Shown here: positions 9,594 through 20,052 of the stretch, piece by piece
Numbering within the stretch: the stretch's first letter is position 1
How the letters are laid out: each line of letters starts with the position of its first letter
From: an uncultured Phycisphaerales bacterium
GTDB lineage: Bacteria > Planctomycetota > Phycisphaerae > Tepidisphaerales > Tepidisphaeraceae
Assembly: GCA_963758525.1 (NCBI GenBank)
Contig: CAVWVQ010000003.1
Location: 4,416,001-4,480,000 of the forward strand
Direction: 5' to 3'
DNA: 64,000 nucleotides
Notes under the pieces: generated by a model
What the model saw: the letters and a program-made list of their open reading frames with translations, nothing else
Told to the model about the DNA's origin: nothing
Database searches by the model: none
Made by a program: the position numbers and the translations under genes

Positions 9594-12500
9594 ATGACAC
9601 AACTCGCTCGCTCGGCGGCATCATTGCAGATCGATGAACGGATCGACGCGGTCGGTCAGAAATTTCGTGCGCAGCGAATCCTTCGCGGCTCGATGTGTTT
9701 TCTGGCGTTCGCGCTGATCAGCGCGATTGCCGCGGCGCTGCTGGCGCATGTTGCAGGTCAAACGCGGTGGACGTCGCTAATTCTGGTAGCCTGGACGACC
9801 TGGCTCCTCGCCAGCGCGTGGCAGTGGATAGCCCGCCCGCTGCTGACCCGTCCCCAGGCGCTGGATGTCGCCCGCCTCATCGAATCGCGCATCGAGGGAC
9901 TCCACAACGGTCTGACCAACGCGCTGCTGCTGGCCCGTCGCGATGACATCGCCGCCAGCCCGTGGCTCCCGCACATCTATGAGGAAGTCGCCCGCGACGC
10001 CCGGCAGCAACGGCTCGTCAGCGCCGTTCGCATGCGCGACCTGCGGCCCGCCGCGCATCGGCTGTCGATTGCGGTGATCCCCGCGATCATCCTGGCCGCG
10101 CTGATGCCCGGCAAAATCGCGCACGGCTGGCAGCAGTTGTTTCATCCCGCAACCTTCATCCCAGGAACAGGCGCCGCACAGCTCCTCGACGTCGAACCGA
10201 AGGACGTGACGCTGATCGCAGGCCAGCCGCTGGAAATTACCATTCGCGCCAAGGCCCCCAACACGCCGGATGCGACGCTCTTCTTCGATCGACCCGCCGG
10301 CGCGACTTCGCCGATGGCGGCAACTATCTCGTTGCCGTTCGCGCGAGCCCCTGGCGCCAGCGATGAGCTGCAGTACAGCTATCGCGTCGATCATCTCGAC
10401 GCCGCGTTACGGTATCGCGTTGAGGTCGCGGGGACGCAAAGCCCGTGGTACACCGTGACGCTCGTGAAGCAGGTGAAGCTGGCTTCGATGGATTTGAAGA
10501 TCACGCCGCCCCCTTACACGGGTCTGCCCGCGCGATCGCTTTCGATGACGTCCGAGGAGATTCCCAAAGAGATCGTTGCCGTTCCCCAGGGGAGTCGGAT
10601 TGACGTGGCGGCAAATGTCGATGTGCCAGTCAGCGGCGCGCTGCTGCAGTGCGGCGACGCAACCCTCGCGCGGATGCAGGAGACGGCCGCGCACGAGCGG
10701 TTTGAAAGCTCGTTCACGCTCGCGGATGACACGCCGATGGCCTTCTTAGTCACCGACGGCGCGAAGCAGATTATTGCAAAACTGCCGGAAGAGACATTCA
10801 TACTTCACTGCGTGAAGGACGCGCCGCCCGTCATCACGATGAAATGGCCGACGCAGGATGTGAGTGTTGCGCCGAATCAGCCATTGAAGGTTTCGGCATT
10901 ATTGCGCGACGACTATGGCGTCGCGTCCGTTCGGCTATTGATGTCCAGCGAGAGCGGAACCTTGGCGCCCCGTCCATCCGCACCTGGAGGTGTTCCCGCG
11001 GAATCGCAGGGATCACAGCCGGGGGCGGCGCCGCCGAAAGATCCGCAACAAGACAGTACATCCGCGGAGCAGCCGCTTGCCGTGGTTCACGAAACATTGT
11101 TCGAGCCCGCTGCGGGCGTAAGGCAACCGCTGGCAGTGGAGTTCGTTCTCGCGCTTCCGGCGGATCAGCGGGTGAACGGCAATTCCATCCGCATGCAGCT
11201 CGAGGCGACCGACAACCGCATGCTCGGATCGGGAAATCCATCGGAGGCCGGTCCGCAGACGACGCGCTCGCCGATATTCCAGATCAAGTTTGACGATCCT
11301 GCCGCCATCGCGAAGCAGCAGAAAGAGAAGAGCGACAGGCTGCACGACGCGCTGCTGGCATTGCTGAAACAGCAGGTGGCGCTGCACGAGAAGACGACGC
11401 CGTTATTGCTGAAACAGCCGGCGCAGTTCGCGGCAGCCGCGCCGCAACTGGCAAGCATCGCGTCAGGGCAGGCGGACTTGCGGGCGGCTATTCAACTGAC
11501 CGCCGACACATTCCCTTTCAGCGCCGATGATCGGCGGGTGCAGAAGACACTGCTGATGCTCGCGGTCGATCCGGCCAAGGACGCGGTCGATTTTGCCGCG
11601 TCGCTCCGCGACGAGTCGGTCGCGAGCGCCCGGCTCCGGCTGCACAGCGACCTGGAAACCCGCCAGCGCCGCATCATTACGACGCTGCAAAGCCTCCTCG
11701 CGCTGCTTGCTGCCGCGCCCGAGCCGACGACGCAGGCGGCGCAGCATCCCCACGAAGATCTGTTGAGCCAGGCAGACGCGTTCAAGAAGCTCGATGAGGG
11801 TCTGAAGCAGTTCACGGAGCAGCAGCAGAAGATCCTCGATCAGACGGCGGGGCTCGCGAAAAAGCCGGTGGATGACTGGGACGACAACGATAAGAAGAAG
11901 CTCGACGAGCTGAAGATGGCTCAGGAAAAGCTCGATGCGTTCATGCAGCAGAAGGTCTCTGATTTCTCGAAGAATTCAGATCAGGACATGTCCAACAGCT
12001 CGATGCTGAAAGACCTGGCGCAGATCTACAGCGAAACGACCATGGCCAAAGACGCGCTGAATCAGAAGGCGGCCGAGATCGCGGTGGCCGACGAGGACAA
12101 TGGGCTGGAGCTGGCCAAGGAGCTTTCGAGCAACATTGAGAAATGGCTGAGCAATGCGCCCGATCGCCAGAAATGGACGCAGGAGGATCCGGCCGGCAAG
12201 ACCGACACGCCGATGCCGGAATTGCCGAAGGATTTGCAGGACATGGTCGGCGAGCTTCTCGAGCAGGAGGAAGACCTCTTCGATCAGGTGGAGGACGCCA
12301 ACGCCAATTGGGCCGACTCGGCTGACAAGGGCGTTGGCATGGACGCCGCGGATGGGCCGATTGCCGACATGAGTGCCAAGGGAGTGACCGGCAACACGCT
12401 GCCCAACGACAATGAGATGAACGGCCGAGCCGGCGAAGGCCGCCAGGGCAAGAGCCAGGGTGAATTTGCCGGCGACACCGCGGTAGGCAAGGGCGGTCGT

Positions 12501-13019
12501 CGCACGCCGACGCGGCTCGACCCCACACCATTTGCCAAAGGGCAGGTGAAGGACACCAGCACCGACCCCAGCGGCGGGGCGACCGGCGGCGGCAAACTTT
12601 CCGGCGAGGGAGGCGAAGGCCTCGAAGGTCCCGTGCCGCCGAAAGTGAAACAGACCATGCAGCGTTTGGCCGAGAAACAGGCCGAATTGCGCAACGCCGC
12701 CGAACGGCTCAATCTCCAGTATCACCTGAATCGCTACGACAATTTCAAGCTTGCCGAGTCCGTGGCTCTCATGCGACGCGTCGAATCCGATCTGCAGTCC
12801 AACCGCTATTCAAACGCACTGCGCCATCGCGACGTCACGCTCGATGACCTGGACACCAGCCGGCTCCTTCTGGGCGGGGAGGTGCACGTGCAGCAGGACA
12901 CAACTCCCAAGACCAGCCAGAAGCTCCAATCGGAGATCAATGATGCGATGAATGGCGAACTGCCGGCGGCGTGGTCGGACGCCCTGAAGGCGTACTATCA
13001 GAAGCTGGGGGAGCGGTGA
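9594..13019 (+). CDS. Large membrane-anchored coiled-coil protein (DUF4175-like)
   Basis: Three N-terminal TM segments, Ig-like middle (DDYGV motif), coiled coil, Gly-rich tail ending YYQKL. Confidence 0.7.
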   Translation: MTQLARSAASLQIDERIDAVGQKFRAQRILRGSMCFLAFALISAIAAALLAHVAGQTRWTSLILVAWTTWLLASAWQWIARPLLTRPQALDVARLIESRIEGLHNGLTNALLLARRDDIAASPWLPHIYEEVARDARQQRLVSAVRMRDLRPAAHRLSIAVIPAIILAALMPGKIAHGWQQLFHPATFIPGTGAAQLLDVEPKDVTLIAGQPLEITIRAKAPNTPDATLFFDRPAGATSPMAATISLPFARAPGASDELQYSYRVDHLDAALRYRVEVAGTQSPWYTVTLVKQVKLASMDLKITPPPYTGLPARSLSMTSEEIPKEIVAVPQGSRIDVAANVDVPVSGALLQCGDATLARMQETAAHERFESSFTLADDTPMAFLVTDGAKQIIAKLPEETFILHCVKDAPPVITMKWPTQDVSVAPNQPLKVSALLRDDYGVASVRLLMSSESGTLAPRPSAPGGVPAESQGSQPGAAPPKDPQQDSTSAEQPLAVVHETLFEPAAGVRQPLAVEFVLALPADQRVNGNSIRMQLEATDNRMLGSGNPSEAGPQTTRSPIFQIKFDDPAAIAKQQKEKSDRLHDALLALLKQQVALHEKTTPLLLKQPAQFAAAAPQLASIASGQADLRAAIQLTADTFPFSADDRRVQKTLLMLAVDPAKDAVDFAASLRDESVASARLRLHSDLETRQRRIITTLQSLLALLAAAPEPTTQAAQHPHEDLLSQADAFKKLDEGLKQFTEQQQKILDQTAGLAKKPVDDWDDNDKKKLDELKMAQEKLDAFMQQKVSDFSKNSDQDMSNSSMLKDLAQIYSETTMAKDALNQKAAEIAVADEDNGLELAKELSSNIEKWLSNAPDRQKWTQEDPAGKTDTPMPELPKDLQDMVGELLEQEEDLFDQVEDANANWADSADKGVGMDAADGPIADMSAKGVTGNTLPNDNEMNGRAGEGRQGKSQGEFAGDTAVGKGGRRTPTRLDPTPFAKGQVKDTSTDPSGGATGGGKLSGEGGEGLEGPVPPKVKQTMQRLAEKQAELRNAAERLNLQYHLNRYDNFKLAESVALMRRVESDLQSNRYSNALRHRDVTLDDLDTSRLLLGGEVHVQQDTTPKTSQKLQSEINDAMNGELPAAWSDALKAYYQKLGER

Positions 13020-13147
13020 CTTCCTCCCAGCGGCTGGAGAGTCTCCGCAGAATGAACGCGCTCGTGACCCTGTGACGGCACCGCCGCTCCGGAACGGGCG
13101 TGCGCGAATTTCCGAGAAAAGTTAATTCAAGGCGATATCCGCTGTTT

Positions 13148-13266
13148 CCCCCTCCCCTGGTACTCCCGCGGGAGGGTTGGGGTGGGGGTTCGTCCGTTCG
13201 GCGGCCCGCTTCAACTTCACGCTCTCCCCCCACCTCGATCCTCCCCCCGGGTACGAGGGGAGGAGG
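13148..13266. repeat. REP-like element (CCCTCCCC...GGGAGGG family)
   Basis: cccctcccctggtactccc..gggagggttggggtgggg ... cccccacc..cctccccccgggtacgaggggaggagg; related to the insert in putA. Confidence 0.65.
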
Positions 13267-13407
13267 CAAGAAGAGACCTCTCCAGAAATTTGCGCACGCC
13301 CTCCGGAGCCCTCCGGAACCAGAAGACCTATTTTTCTTTTCGATTGCGCCTGACGCGGGTACGATCGGCGGCCGATCTGCTTTCTCACACTCCGTCCGAG
13401 GTTTCAG

Positions 13408-14241
13408 ATGGCTGACCTGAACTATCAACCTTTTGCAGCGAACGCGCGAATCAAACGCGCGGCCAACAACGCGCCGGCCATGAAGCGCGGGGAGCAGGAT
13501 CGGGCTGCAGTGGTGATTCTTCAGGAGGCCCTGATTAAAGCCGGATTCGCGATCAAAGATGGCGCCACTGGAGTCTTCGGCGCGGAAACCGCGGCGGCGG
13601 TTCATGCGGTCGAAACGGCACATCAGCTCAACGTGGACACGGGCGACGCCGGGACGCAGGTGATCCACCAGCTCGACGCGCTGCTCACGGGGCGGCACGC
13701 GAAATTTTTCATCCGCTCGGCGGATCTGCAGCTTTTCTTTCAGCAGACCAGCACGCAGGGCGGATTCACGCACGATTCCTACGTCACCAAGGCGCGGAAT
13801 CTCCTCGAAGCCTTTGGTCTGACGTTGAACATCACCAATCTTCGCACGCCGGAGCTGAGCTTCGCCGAGTTGGTCGATCCCAGCAATCGATCGGACATCG
13901 AAAGAGTTCGCGTGGCGGCGGAGAAGAGCACGCCCGGAATGATTGGTACGCTGCGGGTGATCTTTTGTCGTTTTTCCAGCGGCAATCCCTTCAACGCGCT
14001 CACCGACGGCGGGCCGCGCCCGTTGCCAAGCGGTCTGCAGGTTCCGGATTTCACCCTCATCGACGTGGGAAAAAGAAGGGCCGACCAATGCGTCCTCATC
14101 CACGAGATGATTCACGCCACCGGCCTGGAGCAGCACGACTCCGATATGGAGAGCGTATTTTCCGAGGGCTCGAACCGATCGGTTCTCAAGCCTGAGCACG
14201 CAGAAAGGCTCAGCAACGCGTTCTTCGCGCGACGCCGTTAG
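13408..14241 (+). CDS. Peptidoglycan-binding domain + zinc metallopeptidase
   Basis: LQEALIKAGF..GATGVFGAETAAAV (PG_binding_1-like); HEMIHATGLEQH metzincin-like motif. Confidence 0.7.
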   Translation: MADLNYQPFAANARIKRAANNAPAMKRGEQDRAAVVILQEALIKAGFAIKDGATGVFGAETAAAVHAVETAHQLNVDTGDAGTQVIHQLDALLTGRHAKFFIRSADLQLFFQQTSTQGGFTHDSYVTKARNLLEAFGLTLNITNLRTPELSFAELVDPSNRSDIERVRVAAEKSTPGMIGTLRVIFCRFSSGNPFNALTDGGPRPLPSGLQVPDFTLIDVGKRRADQCVLIHEMIHATGLEQHDSDMESVFSEGSNRSVLKPEHAERLSNAFFARRR

Positions 14242-14370
14242 GAGACCGCGAAAAATCGTGAGACGTGCCCGTTCCGGCGTGCTTTTGGTAGAATGCCACC
14301 GCAACAAATTGGTAGAGTCGCGATCTTTCGCGATCATTGGGTGTCCCGAAGCGCACATTGGGAAACAATC

Positions 14371-14652
14371 ATGCAAGTTTCTTTAAGCCCCCAAGTCGAG
14401 AAGCTCGTTGAGAACCAGTTGAAAGCCGGGCGATTCGCGTCGGCTGACGAGGTGATCGAGGCCGCGATTGTGCAGCTTGCCAAGTACGATGATGCGGCTG
14501 ACTGGGAGCCTGCAGAACTCGACGATCTGCGAGCACACGTTGCGGTCGGAATCGGCCAACTCGAGCGCGGCCAAGGAACCCCCTGGAGCATCGACAACGT
14601 GCGGAGAGAGGGACAACGACTTCTGACGGATACCAAAAAAGAAGAGCGCTGA
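14371..14652 (+). CDS. parD: ParD-family antitoxin
   Basis: MQVSLSPQVEKLVENQLKAGRFASADEVIEAA ribbon-helix-helix pattern; abuts toxin gene. Confidence 0.8.
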   Translation: MQVSLSPQVEKLVENQLKAGRFASADEVIEAAIVQLAKYDDAADWEPAELDDLRAHVAVGIGQLERGQGTPWSIDNVRREGQRLLTDTKKEER

Positions 14653-14947
14653 ATGCGTCAGCCGATCAGATCCCCGGAGGCAGAACTGGACGCCGCGCGC
14701 ATCTGGCGCTACATCGCCGAGCAGAATCTGCCGGCAGCAGAGCGGTGGCTCACCAGGATCGACGAGACAATTCGTTTGCTTTGCGAATACCCAGGCGCGG
14801 GGCAGCGCCGTGACGATCTGGCCCCGCACCTGCAGTTACCCGGTGGGACGATACTTGATTTTCTATCGCACCACCGAAATTTCGATTGAAATTGTTCGAA
14901 TTCTTCACGGCGCGCGACGGCTTCGGCGAATCATCGCGCAACAATAA
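14653..14947 (+). CDS. parE: ParE/RelE-family toxin (frameshift near 14833)
   Basis: SPEAELDAARIWRYIA..PGAGQRRDDL; C-terminus SYPVGRYLIFYR..IEIVRILHGAR in shifted frame. Confidence 0.8.
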
Positions 14948-14969
14948 CTTTTCCGAATTTGCCGAGCCG

Positions 14970-15728
14970 TCACCAGCCGAAAAACTCCGTCGCATTCGTC
15001 TCAACGATCCGGCCAAACTCCGTGTACTCGAGCTCTTTAATCTCTGCCGCGACCTTTGCAACCAGAACGACCAGCGCCGGCTCGTTTGTTTTCTGCTTGC
15101 GCATCGGCTCGGGCGTGAGATACGGAGCATCCGTTTCCACGAGAAGCCGATCGATCGGCGTCATCTTCACCACCTCGCGCAGCTCCTGATTCTTCTTGAA
15201 CGTGATTGGGCCGGTGAATCCCAGCATGTATCCGGCATCGAGAATCTGTTTCGCCTCGGAGAGCGAGCCGGTGAAGCAATGGAAGTCCGCGCGGATGGAC
15301 GGGAAGTTTCGCAGGATCGCCAGGCAATCGTTGGTTGCTTCCCGGCAATGGATCACAACGGGACGATTGAACTCCGTCGCAAGCTGAAGCTGAAACTCAA
15401 AGACGGCCTTCTGCTTCTGTGGCGGCGAGCGGTCGTAGTGATAATCGAGTCCCATTTCTCCCAGCGCTACCACCGACGGATGGGACTGCATCTCGCGCAG
15501 CCGGGGAAGATCGGAAAGTTCTGTCTCGGCGCTGTAGTTCGGGTGGACGCCGATCGCACAGCGAACATCGGGAAGTCGCGCGCACAGGGCGATCACCGCC
15601 AGGTCGTCTTCGAGTCCGGTGCCGATGGAGATCATGCGGGTGACGCCTGCGGCGGCCGCGCGCTGCAGCACACCGGCGAGCTGATCGCCAAGGCGGGAAT
15701 CGGTGAGATGGCAATGAGTGTCGATCAT
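14970..15728 (-). CDS. tatD: TatD-family deoxyribonuclease
   Basis: MIDTHCHL, GVHP, GEMGLDY, HCRE, HCFTG, ETDAPYL. Confidence 0.93.
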   Translation of the reverse strand: MIDTHCHLTDSRLGDQLAGVLQRAAAAGVTRMISIGTGLEDDLAVIALCARLPDVRCAIGVHPNYSAETELSDLPRLREMQSHPSVVALGEMGLDYHYDRSPPQKQKAVFEFQLQLATEFNRPVVIHCREATNDCLAILRNFPSIRADFHCFTGSLSEAKQILDAGYMLGFTGPITFKKNQELREVVKMTPIDRLLVETDAPYLTPEPMRKQKTNEPALVVLVAKVAAEIKELEYTEFGRIVETNATEFFGW

Positions 15729-15738
15729 TTCGAATACA

Positions 15739-15935
15739 GGCACGAAGGCACGGAGGCACGGAGGCACGAAGGGAAAGGCAAAGGACGTGAATGCGCGGAA
15801 CTATTCCATAAATTTGCAGTCAAGGCTTCACCTGTAAAAGTCTGCGGCAACGGCACGGAGGAACGAAGCAAAATCGGCAGAGATGATCTTCCTTCCTCAC
15901 CCTTCGTGCCTCCGTGCCTCAATGCCTTCGTGCCT
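15739..15935. repeat. Inverted arrays of 8-bp units
   Basis: (ggcacgaa/ggcacgga)n at left, (ttcgtgcc/tccgtgcc)n at right. Confidence 0.65.
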
Positions 15936-15940
15936 TCCCC

Positions 15941-16348
15941 TTAAAACGTCGCTTCAAATGCCGCCGGCGTATGCCGGATCTGCGGCTGGCGTCCCGGGGG
16001 CCAGATGATCGCCACCACGTCAAACCGCGCCGGCGGTTGCGGACTTCCGTACCGGGCGAGATACGTTCGGGCGGCTTTGGTGATCTGGTGCCGCTTGATC
16101 GGATTCACCTGCTGCTCCGGCGTCGGGTCGTCGTCCACGCGGGTCTTGACCTCCACGAACACCAGCGTCTTGCCGTCGCGGGCGATGATATCGATCTCCC
16201 CGACTTCCGTGCGGAAATTCCGTACGATGATTTTCATTCCCTGCGTGCGCAGATACTTGGCTGCCATGTTCTCGCCGCGATCGCCCAGCGCATTGCGCGG
16301 CGGCTTGGGCTTCATGCGGTTCAGGAGCTGATCGAGCCAGGCAGGCAT
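15941..16348 (-). CDS. yraN: YraN/UPF0102 family putative endonuclease
   Basis: GDRGENMAAKYL, RNFR, GEIDII, FVEVKTR, RFDVVAI. Confidence 0.9.
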   Translation of the reverse strand: MPAWLDQLLNRMKPKPPRNALGDRGENMAAKYLRTQGMKIIVRNFRTEVGEIDIIARDGKTLVFVEVKTRVDDDPTPEQQVNPIKRHQITKAARTYLARYGSPQPPARFDVVAIIWPPGRQPQIRHTPAAFEATF

Positions 16349-16730
16349 CAGTTCAAGGGTAGCTGGGAACCAGCCGGGCAGGCAACAATTACACGGCGTC
16401 TGCTCAGCGAGAGAAATCAACAGCCTCGAAGGAGCCAAGACGGTCGTCACGGCGACTGAACTGCTACAGCCCGAATCGGGGGGAAGGGGAGCGAAGAGTG
16501 AGGAGTTGCAAGTTGAGGGAGTGCAAATTTCAAATTCAAATCTCAAATTTGCGAGCGACGCCCGAACGCGGCGATATTTCCAGCTCGCCAGCCACGCCGC
16601 CGTGGCTTGCCCTTCGCGGTGGTCTTCATTGATATCGCGCGGTTCCCTGTTTTTGAAACAGCATTTCGCCGCTGCTCCTTCGCGACTATCTCGCGCCTTC
16701 GCTTCGATGCGGCTCTTTTTGTCCAGCAAT

Positions 16731-17153
16731 CTACGTCGCGGCAGCGACCAGTTCGGGCTGAGGAGCGGCTGCGACGGGCGCGGCAGCTTCGCCGTCCTTC
16801 TTCACGCGACGCTTTTCGGTCAGGCGGACAGCCTTGCCGACGCGGTGGCGGAGATAGAAGAGCTTGGCCCGGCGGGCCTCGCCGCTTCGTTTGACGGTGA
16901 CCTTGGAGATGAACGGCGAATGCAGCGGGAAAATACGCTCGACCCCTTCGTTGTTGACGATGCGACGAACGGTGAAGGTCTCATTGATGCCCCGGCCCTT
17001 GCGCATGATGACGGTGCCGGTGAAGACCTGAATGCGCTCTTTCTCGCCTTCGAGGATTCGCGTGGCGACATCGACGGTGTCGCCGACGTCGAACTGCGGG
17101 GGATTCTTCTTGAGATAGGCGGATTCGACGCTTTCGATAATGCGGTTGATCAT
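16731..17153 (-). CDS. rplS: 50S ribosomal protein L19
   Basis: VGDTVDV..ILEGEKERIQVFTGTVI..FTVRRI..GVERIFPLHSP..RRAKLFYLR. Confidence 0.96.
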   Translation of the reverse strand: MINRIIESVESAYLKKNPPQFDVGDTVDVATRILEGEKERIQVFTGTVIMRKGRGINETFTVRRIVNNEGVERIFPLHSPFISKVTVKRSGEARRAKLFYLRHRVGKAVRLTEKRRVKKDGEAAAPVAAAPQPELVAAAT

Positions 17154-17252
17154 GACTGGTCTCCGGTCAGAAGTTCTCTCGTCCGCCGGCGACGGCCGGT
17201 AAAGCCGCAAGGGACGGATCGTTTAGCCGCTGCCCCGGGGGGCAGCGTTCAC

Positions 17253-17957
17253 TCATTCGCTCGTCGCGTCGTTCAGGTACCTCTTCCAGAGGTCGGGACG
17301 CTGCTGTTGGGTCCTTAGTTTTCGCTGCTCCAGCCGCCAGGCCGCTATTTCCGCATGGTTGCCGCTCAACAGCACCGGCGGCACCAGCATGTCGCGATAC
17401 TCCCGTGGCCGGGTGTATTGCGGATGTTCCAACAGGCCATCGGCAAACGACTCGTCCGCCGCTCCGTCGGCCGCTCCCAGCACGCCGGGCAGCAGCCGAA
17501 CCACCGCATCCACCACAATCATCGCGGCAATCTCGCCGCCGCTGAGCACATAATCGCCGATGCTCAGTTCCATCGGCGCCAAGCCTTCGACGATGCGCTG
17601 GTCGAAGCCTTCGTAATGTCCCGCAATCAGGAGCAGGCGCTCCCGGCCGGCCAACTCCGTGGCCAATTTCTGATCGAACAACCGTCCTTGGGGGCTTAAC
17701 AGAATTCGTGTCGCGGGACGTGAATCCTGCCGTTCGGCATGCTCGACGGCGTCAAACACCGTCTGACACATCATCACCATTCCCGGCCCGCCCCCGAAGG
17801 GCTTATCGTCAACCGATTTGTGCGCGTCGGACGCGAAATCGCGGATCTGGGTCAGGTGATATGATACGATTTTTTTTTCAGCCGCCCGCTTTGGAATACT
17901 GGTTCCAAGCAACGGCCCAAACATCTCCGGGAAAAGCGTCAGGATGTCGATCCGCAC
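17253..17957 (-). CDS. trmD: tRNA (guanine-N1)-methyltransferase
   Basis: MRIDILTLFPEMF, VDDKPFGGGPGMVM, GHYEGFDQR, SIGDYVLSGGE. Confidence 0.96.
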   Translation of the reverse strand: MRIDILTLFPEMFGPLLGTSIPKRAAEKKIVSYHLTQIRDFASDAHKSVDDKPFGGGPGMVMMCQTVFDAVEHAERQDSRPATRILLSPQGRLFDQKLATELAGRERLLLIAGHYEGFDQRIVEGLAPMELSIGDYVLSGGEIAAMIVVDAVVRLLPGVLGAADGAADESFADGLLEHPQYTRPREYRDMLVPPVLLSGNHAEIAAWRLEQRKLRTQQQRPDLWKRYLNDATSE

Positions 17958-17989
17958 AACGTTCGCGCCTTCTCTCCACCAGCGAAAGC

Positions 17990-18331
17990 TTACGCAGTCG
18001 CAGCTGCAGTCGCTTCCTTCTTCTCGCCGGCAGGAGCCGCGACGACTTTAGGCTTGCCCGGCCGCGGGAGGCGGAGCGACTTGTGCTCCAGACCGTTCTT
18101 CTTGAGCAGTGACGAGACTGTTTCCGAGGGAACCGCGCCGACGTCAAGCCAGTGCTTGCAACGGTCAAGCTTTACCACAAATTGTTTGGTGCCATCCTTA
18201 TTGGTCGGGTCGTAATACCCCAACTCCTCGATCACTCGCCCGTCGCGCGGGGAGCGGGAGTCAATGGCATTGAGCCGGTAAAACGCGTGGTTGGTCCGGC
18301 CAAGTCGCTTGAATCGTAACTTCACTGACAT
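17990..18331 (-). CDS. rpsP: 30S ribosomal protein S16
   Basis: MSVKLRFKRLGR..FYRLNAIDSRSPRDGRVIEELGYYDP. Confidence 0.96.
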   Translation of the reverse strand: MSVKLRFKRLGRTNHAFYRLNAIDSRSPRDGRVIEELGYYDPTNKDGTKQFVVKLDRCKHWLDVGAVPSETVSSLLKKNGLEHKSLRLPRPGKPKVVAAPAGEKKEATAAATA

Positions 18332-18529
18332 TCAGGGTCTCCATCGTCTCAAAAATTCAGCAGAATCGGAGAGTATAACGGGTCGCCGCCGGCTGACAAG
18401 TCGTCGGTTGGGAAATTCTCGGGGCCGGCCTCGACCTGCGGGGCGGCGGCTTCGCCACCGTGTCAAACGCTCAACTAAACGCTGCAACCTACAAGTACCA
18501 CACAAGGTAGAGAGCAGCAAAAACCTGGG

Positions 18530-18778
18530 TCATGTGGAAAGACGCCGCGTTCCCAATAGCGAGTCCGGAATCTTGTTTCTTTCAATGTGCGCCGCCACTT
18601 CCTCCTGATGGTCGCTAAAGTAACTCAGGGCATCGAAGACCTGTGCCATTTTCAAATGCGGCAAGCGCGCAGGAATCTCCTCCGGAGCGATCCCTGCTCT
18701 CCACATTTCAACGATCGCGCGAACCGATGTCCGAGTGCCGGCAATGATTGGCTCACCGCCGAGAAGAGTCGTCATCAC
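18530..18778 (-). CDS. DUF433-family (antitoxin-like) protein
   Basis: LGGEPIIAGTRTSVRAIV..G..PEEI..LPHLKMAQVFDALSYF; TATACT 5 nt before GTG. Confidence 0.8.
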   Translation of the reverse strand: MMTTLLGGEPIIAGTRTSVRAIVEMWRAGIAPEEIPARLPHLKMAQVFDALSYFSDHQEEVAAHIERNKIPDSLLGTRRLST

Positions 18779-18867
18779 CAAATAGTATAGCACAACGCAA
18801 CGTGGCCCACACAAAGATGCTGATAGGTGGCCGTGCTCCAAATTCGGGCAGCGGGCAGGTCGGCAAC

Positions 18868-19075
18868 CCGAATGACGAAACCAGAATCCCCGAATCAAAC
18901 CAAAATGACGAATGATCGAATGTATTTTCGGCTGCTTGCGGTTTGTCTGATTCGCGGGGGAGTCAACATTGCGCGTCGGAAGACTCCTGTCGGCGACCAC
19001 CCATTCGGTCATTCGTCATTCGTCATTCGGGTTTGGTTCTGGTTTCTGGTTTCTGGTTTCGGAATTCTGATTTCC
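18868..19075. repeat. Heptamer-based inverted repeat element
   Basis: gaatgac/aaccaga units on the left; (gtcattc)n and (tttctgg)n on the right. Confidence 0.65.
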
Positions 19076-19080
19076 GGCCA

Positions 19081-19989
19081 CTATTTCGGCGTATCCGGTT
19101 TGACTATCGGTCGCTCCATGTGAAAGAACTCCGCATATGGATTTTCCGCCGCCGTCACCGGCTTGACCTCAATCTGGTCGATCACCTGCGGCGTCGTCGG
19201 CTTCCCGTTCTGCGGATCGGCGATCGGCGTCTTTTCAATTTCGTGGGCCGTCTTCATCCCATCGACGACTTTGCCGAACGCGGTGTATTTGTGATCGAGC
19301 TGCTGGGTCTGTTTGTAATTGAGACAGATGAAAAACTGGCTGCCGGCGCTGTTTGGATCGGTACTGCGGGCCATGGAGAGGACGCCTTCTTCATGCGGGC
19401 GATCGTTGAACTCCGCGTTGAGATCGTAGCCCGGCCCTCCCATGCCGTCGCCGCGCGGATCGCCGCCCTGCAGCACGAAATCCGGCACGATGCGGTGGAA
19501 CGTGAGCTTGTCGTAATACCCTTCCGACGCGAGCCGCAGAAAACTGTCGACGGTATTGGGGGCAACGTCGTAGTAGAACATGCAGGTCATGTCTCCCTGG
19601 GCGGTGTGAATCACCGCGTAGCGCAAGGGCTCGATCTTGATGCCATCCGCGCCAGAGCCCTGGGGAAGCTCCTTATTCACCCGAACCTCAATCACCAGCG
19701 GCGAATCGACGAAGTCGGCGATTGTCTTGTCCTTGGGAACGGTGTAGAGCACGAACGTCCCGCCATCGGCGATCTTGGGGAAGAGCGTTTTGAGATCGAT
19801 GGTTTTCTCGCCACTCACATCGGCGGGGGCCGCCGGGTCGATCACCTTGCCGGAGAAATCTGTCAGCACCAGTTTCGCGTCGCCTTGAACGCTGACGTTC
19901 ACCGTCACTGGTCCGGCGGGTGGGTTCCATTTATGGGTGGGGGTAAGGGCTGACGTTAGAAATAAGAGCGGCAGCAGAAGCAGATGCAT
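19081..19989 (-). CDS. Secreted cyclophilin-type peptidyl-prolyl isomerase
   Basis: FHRIVPDFVLQGGDP, GVLSMARS..PNSAGSQFFI, YTAFGKVVDG; signal peptide. Confidence 0.92.
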   Translation of the reverse strand: MHLLLLPLLFLTSALTPTHKWNPPAGPVTVNVSVQGDAKLVLTDFSGKVIDPAAPADVSGEKTIDLKTLFPKIADGGTFVLYTVPKDKTIADFVDSPLVIEVRVNKELPQGSGADGIKIEPLRYAVIHTAQGDMTCMFYYDVAPNTVDSFLRLASEGYYDKLTFHRIVPDFVLQGGDPRGDGMGGPGYDLNAEFNDRPHEEGVLSMARSTDPNSAGSQFFICLNYKQTQQLDHKYTAFGKVVDGMKTAHEIEKTPIADPQNGKPTTPQVIDQIEVKPVTAAENPYAEFFHMERPIVKPDTPK

Positions 19990-20052
19990 GATGGTTCCTC
20001 CGGATTGGATGCAAATCTGTTGCAAAGACTGTTTAATATTCCTGCGGCGTCA

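Noticed and set aside
16350..16730. RNase P or other ncRNA between yraN and rplS
   Set aside because: No conserved motifs found; only a short AT-rich repeat.
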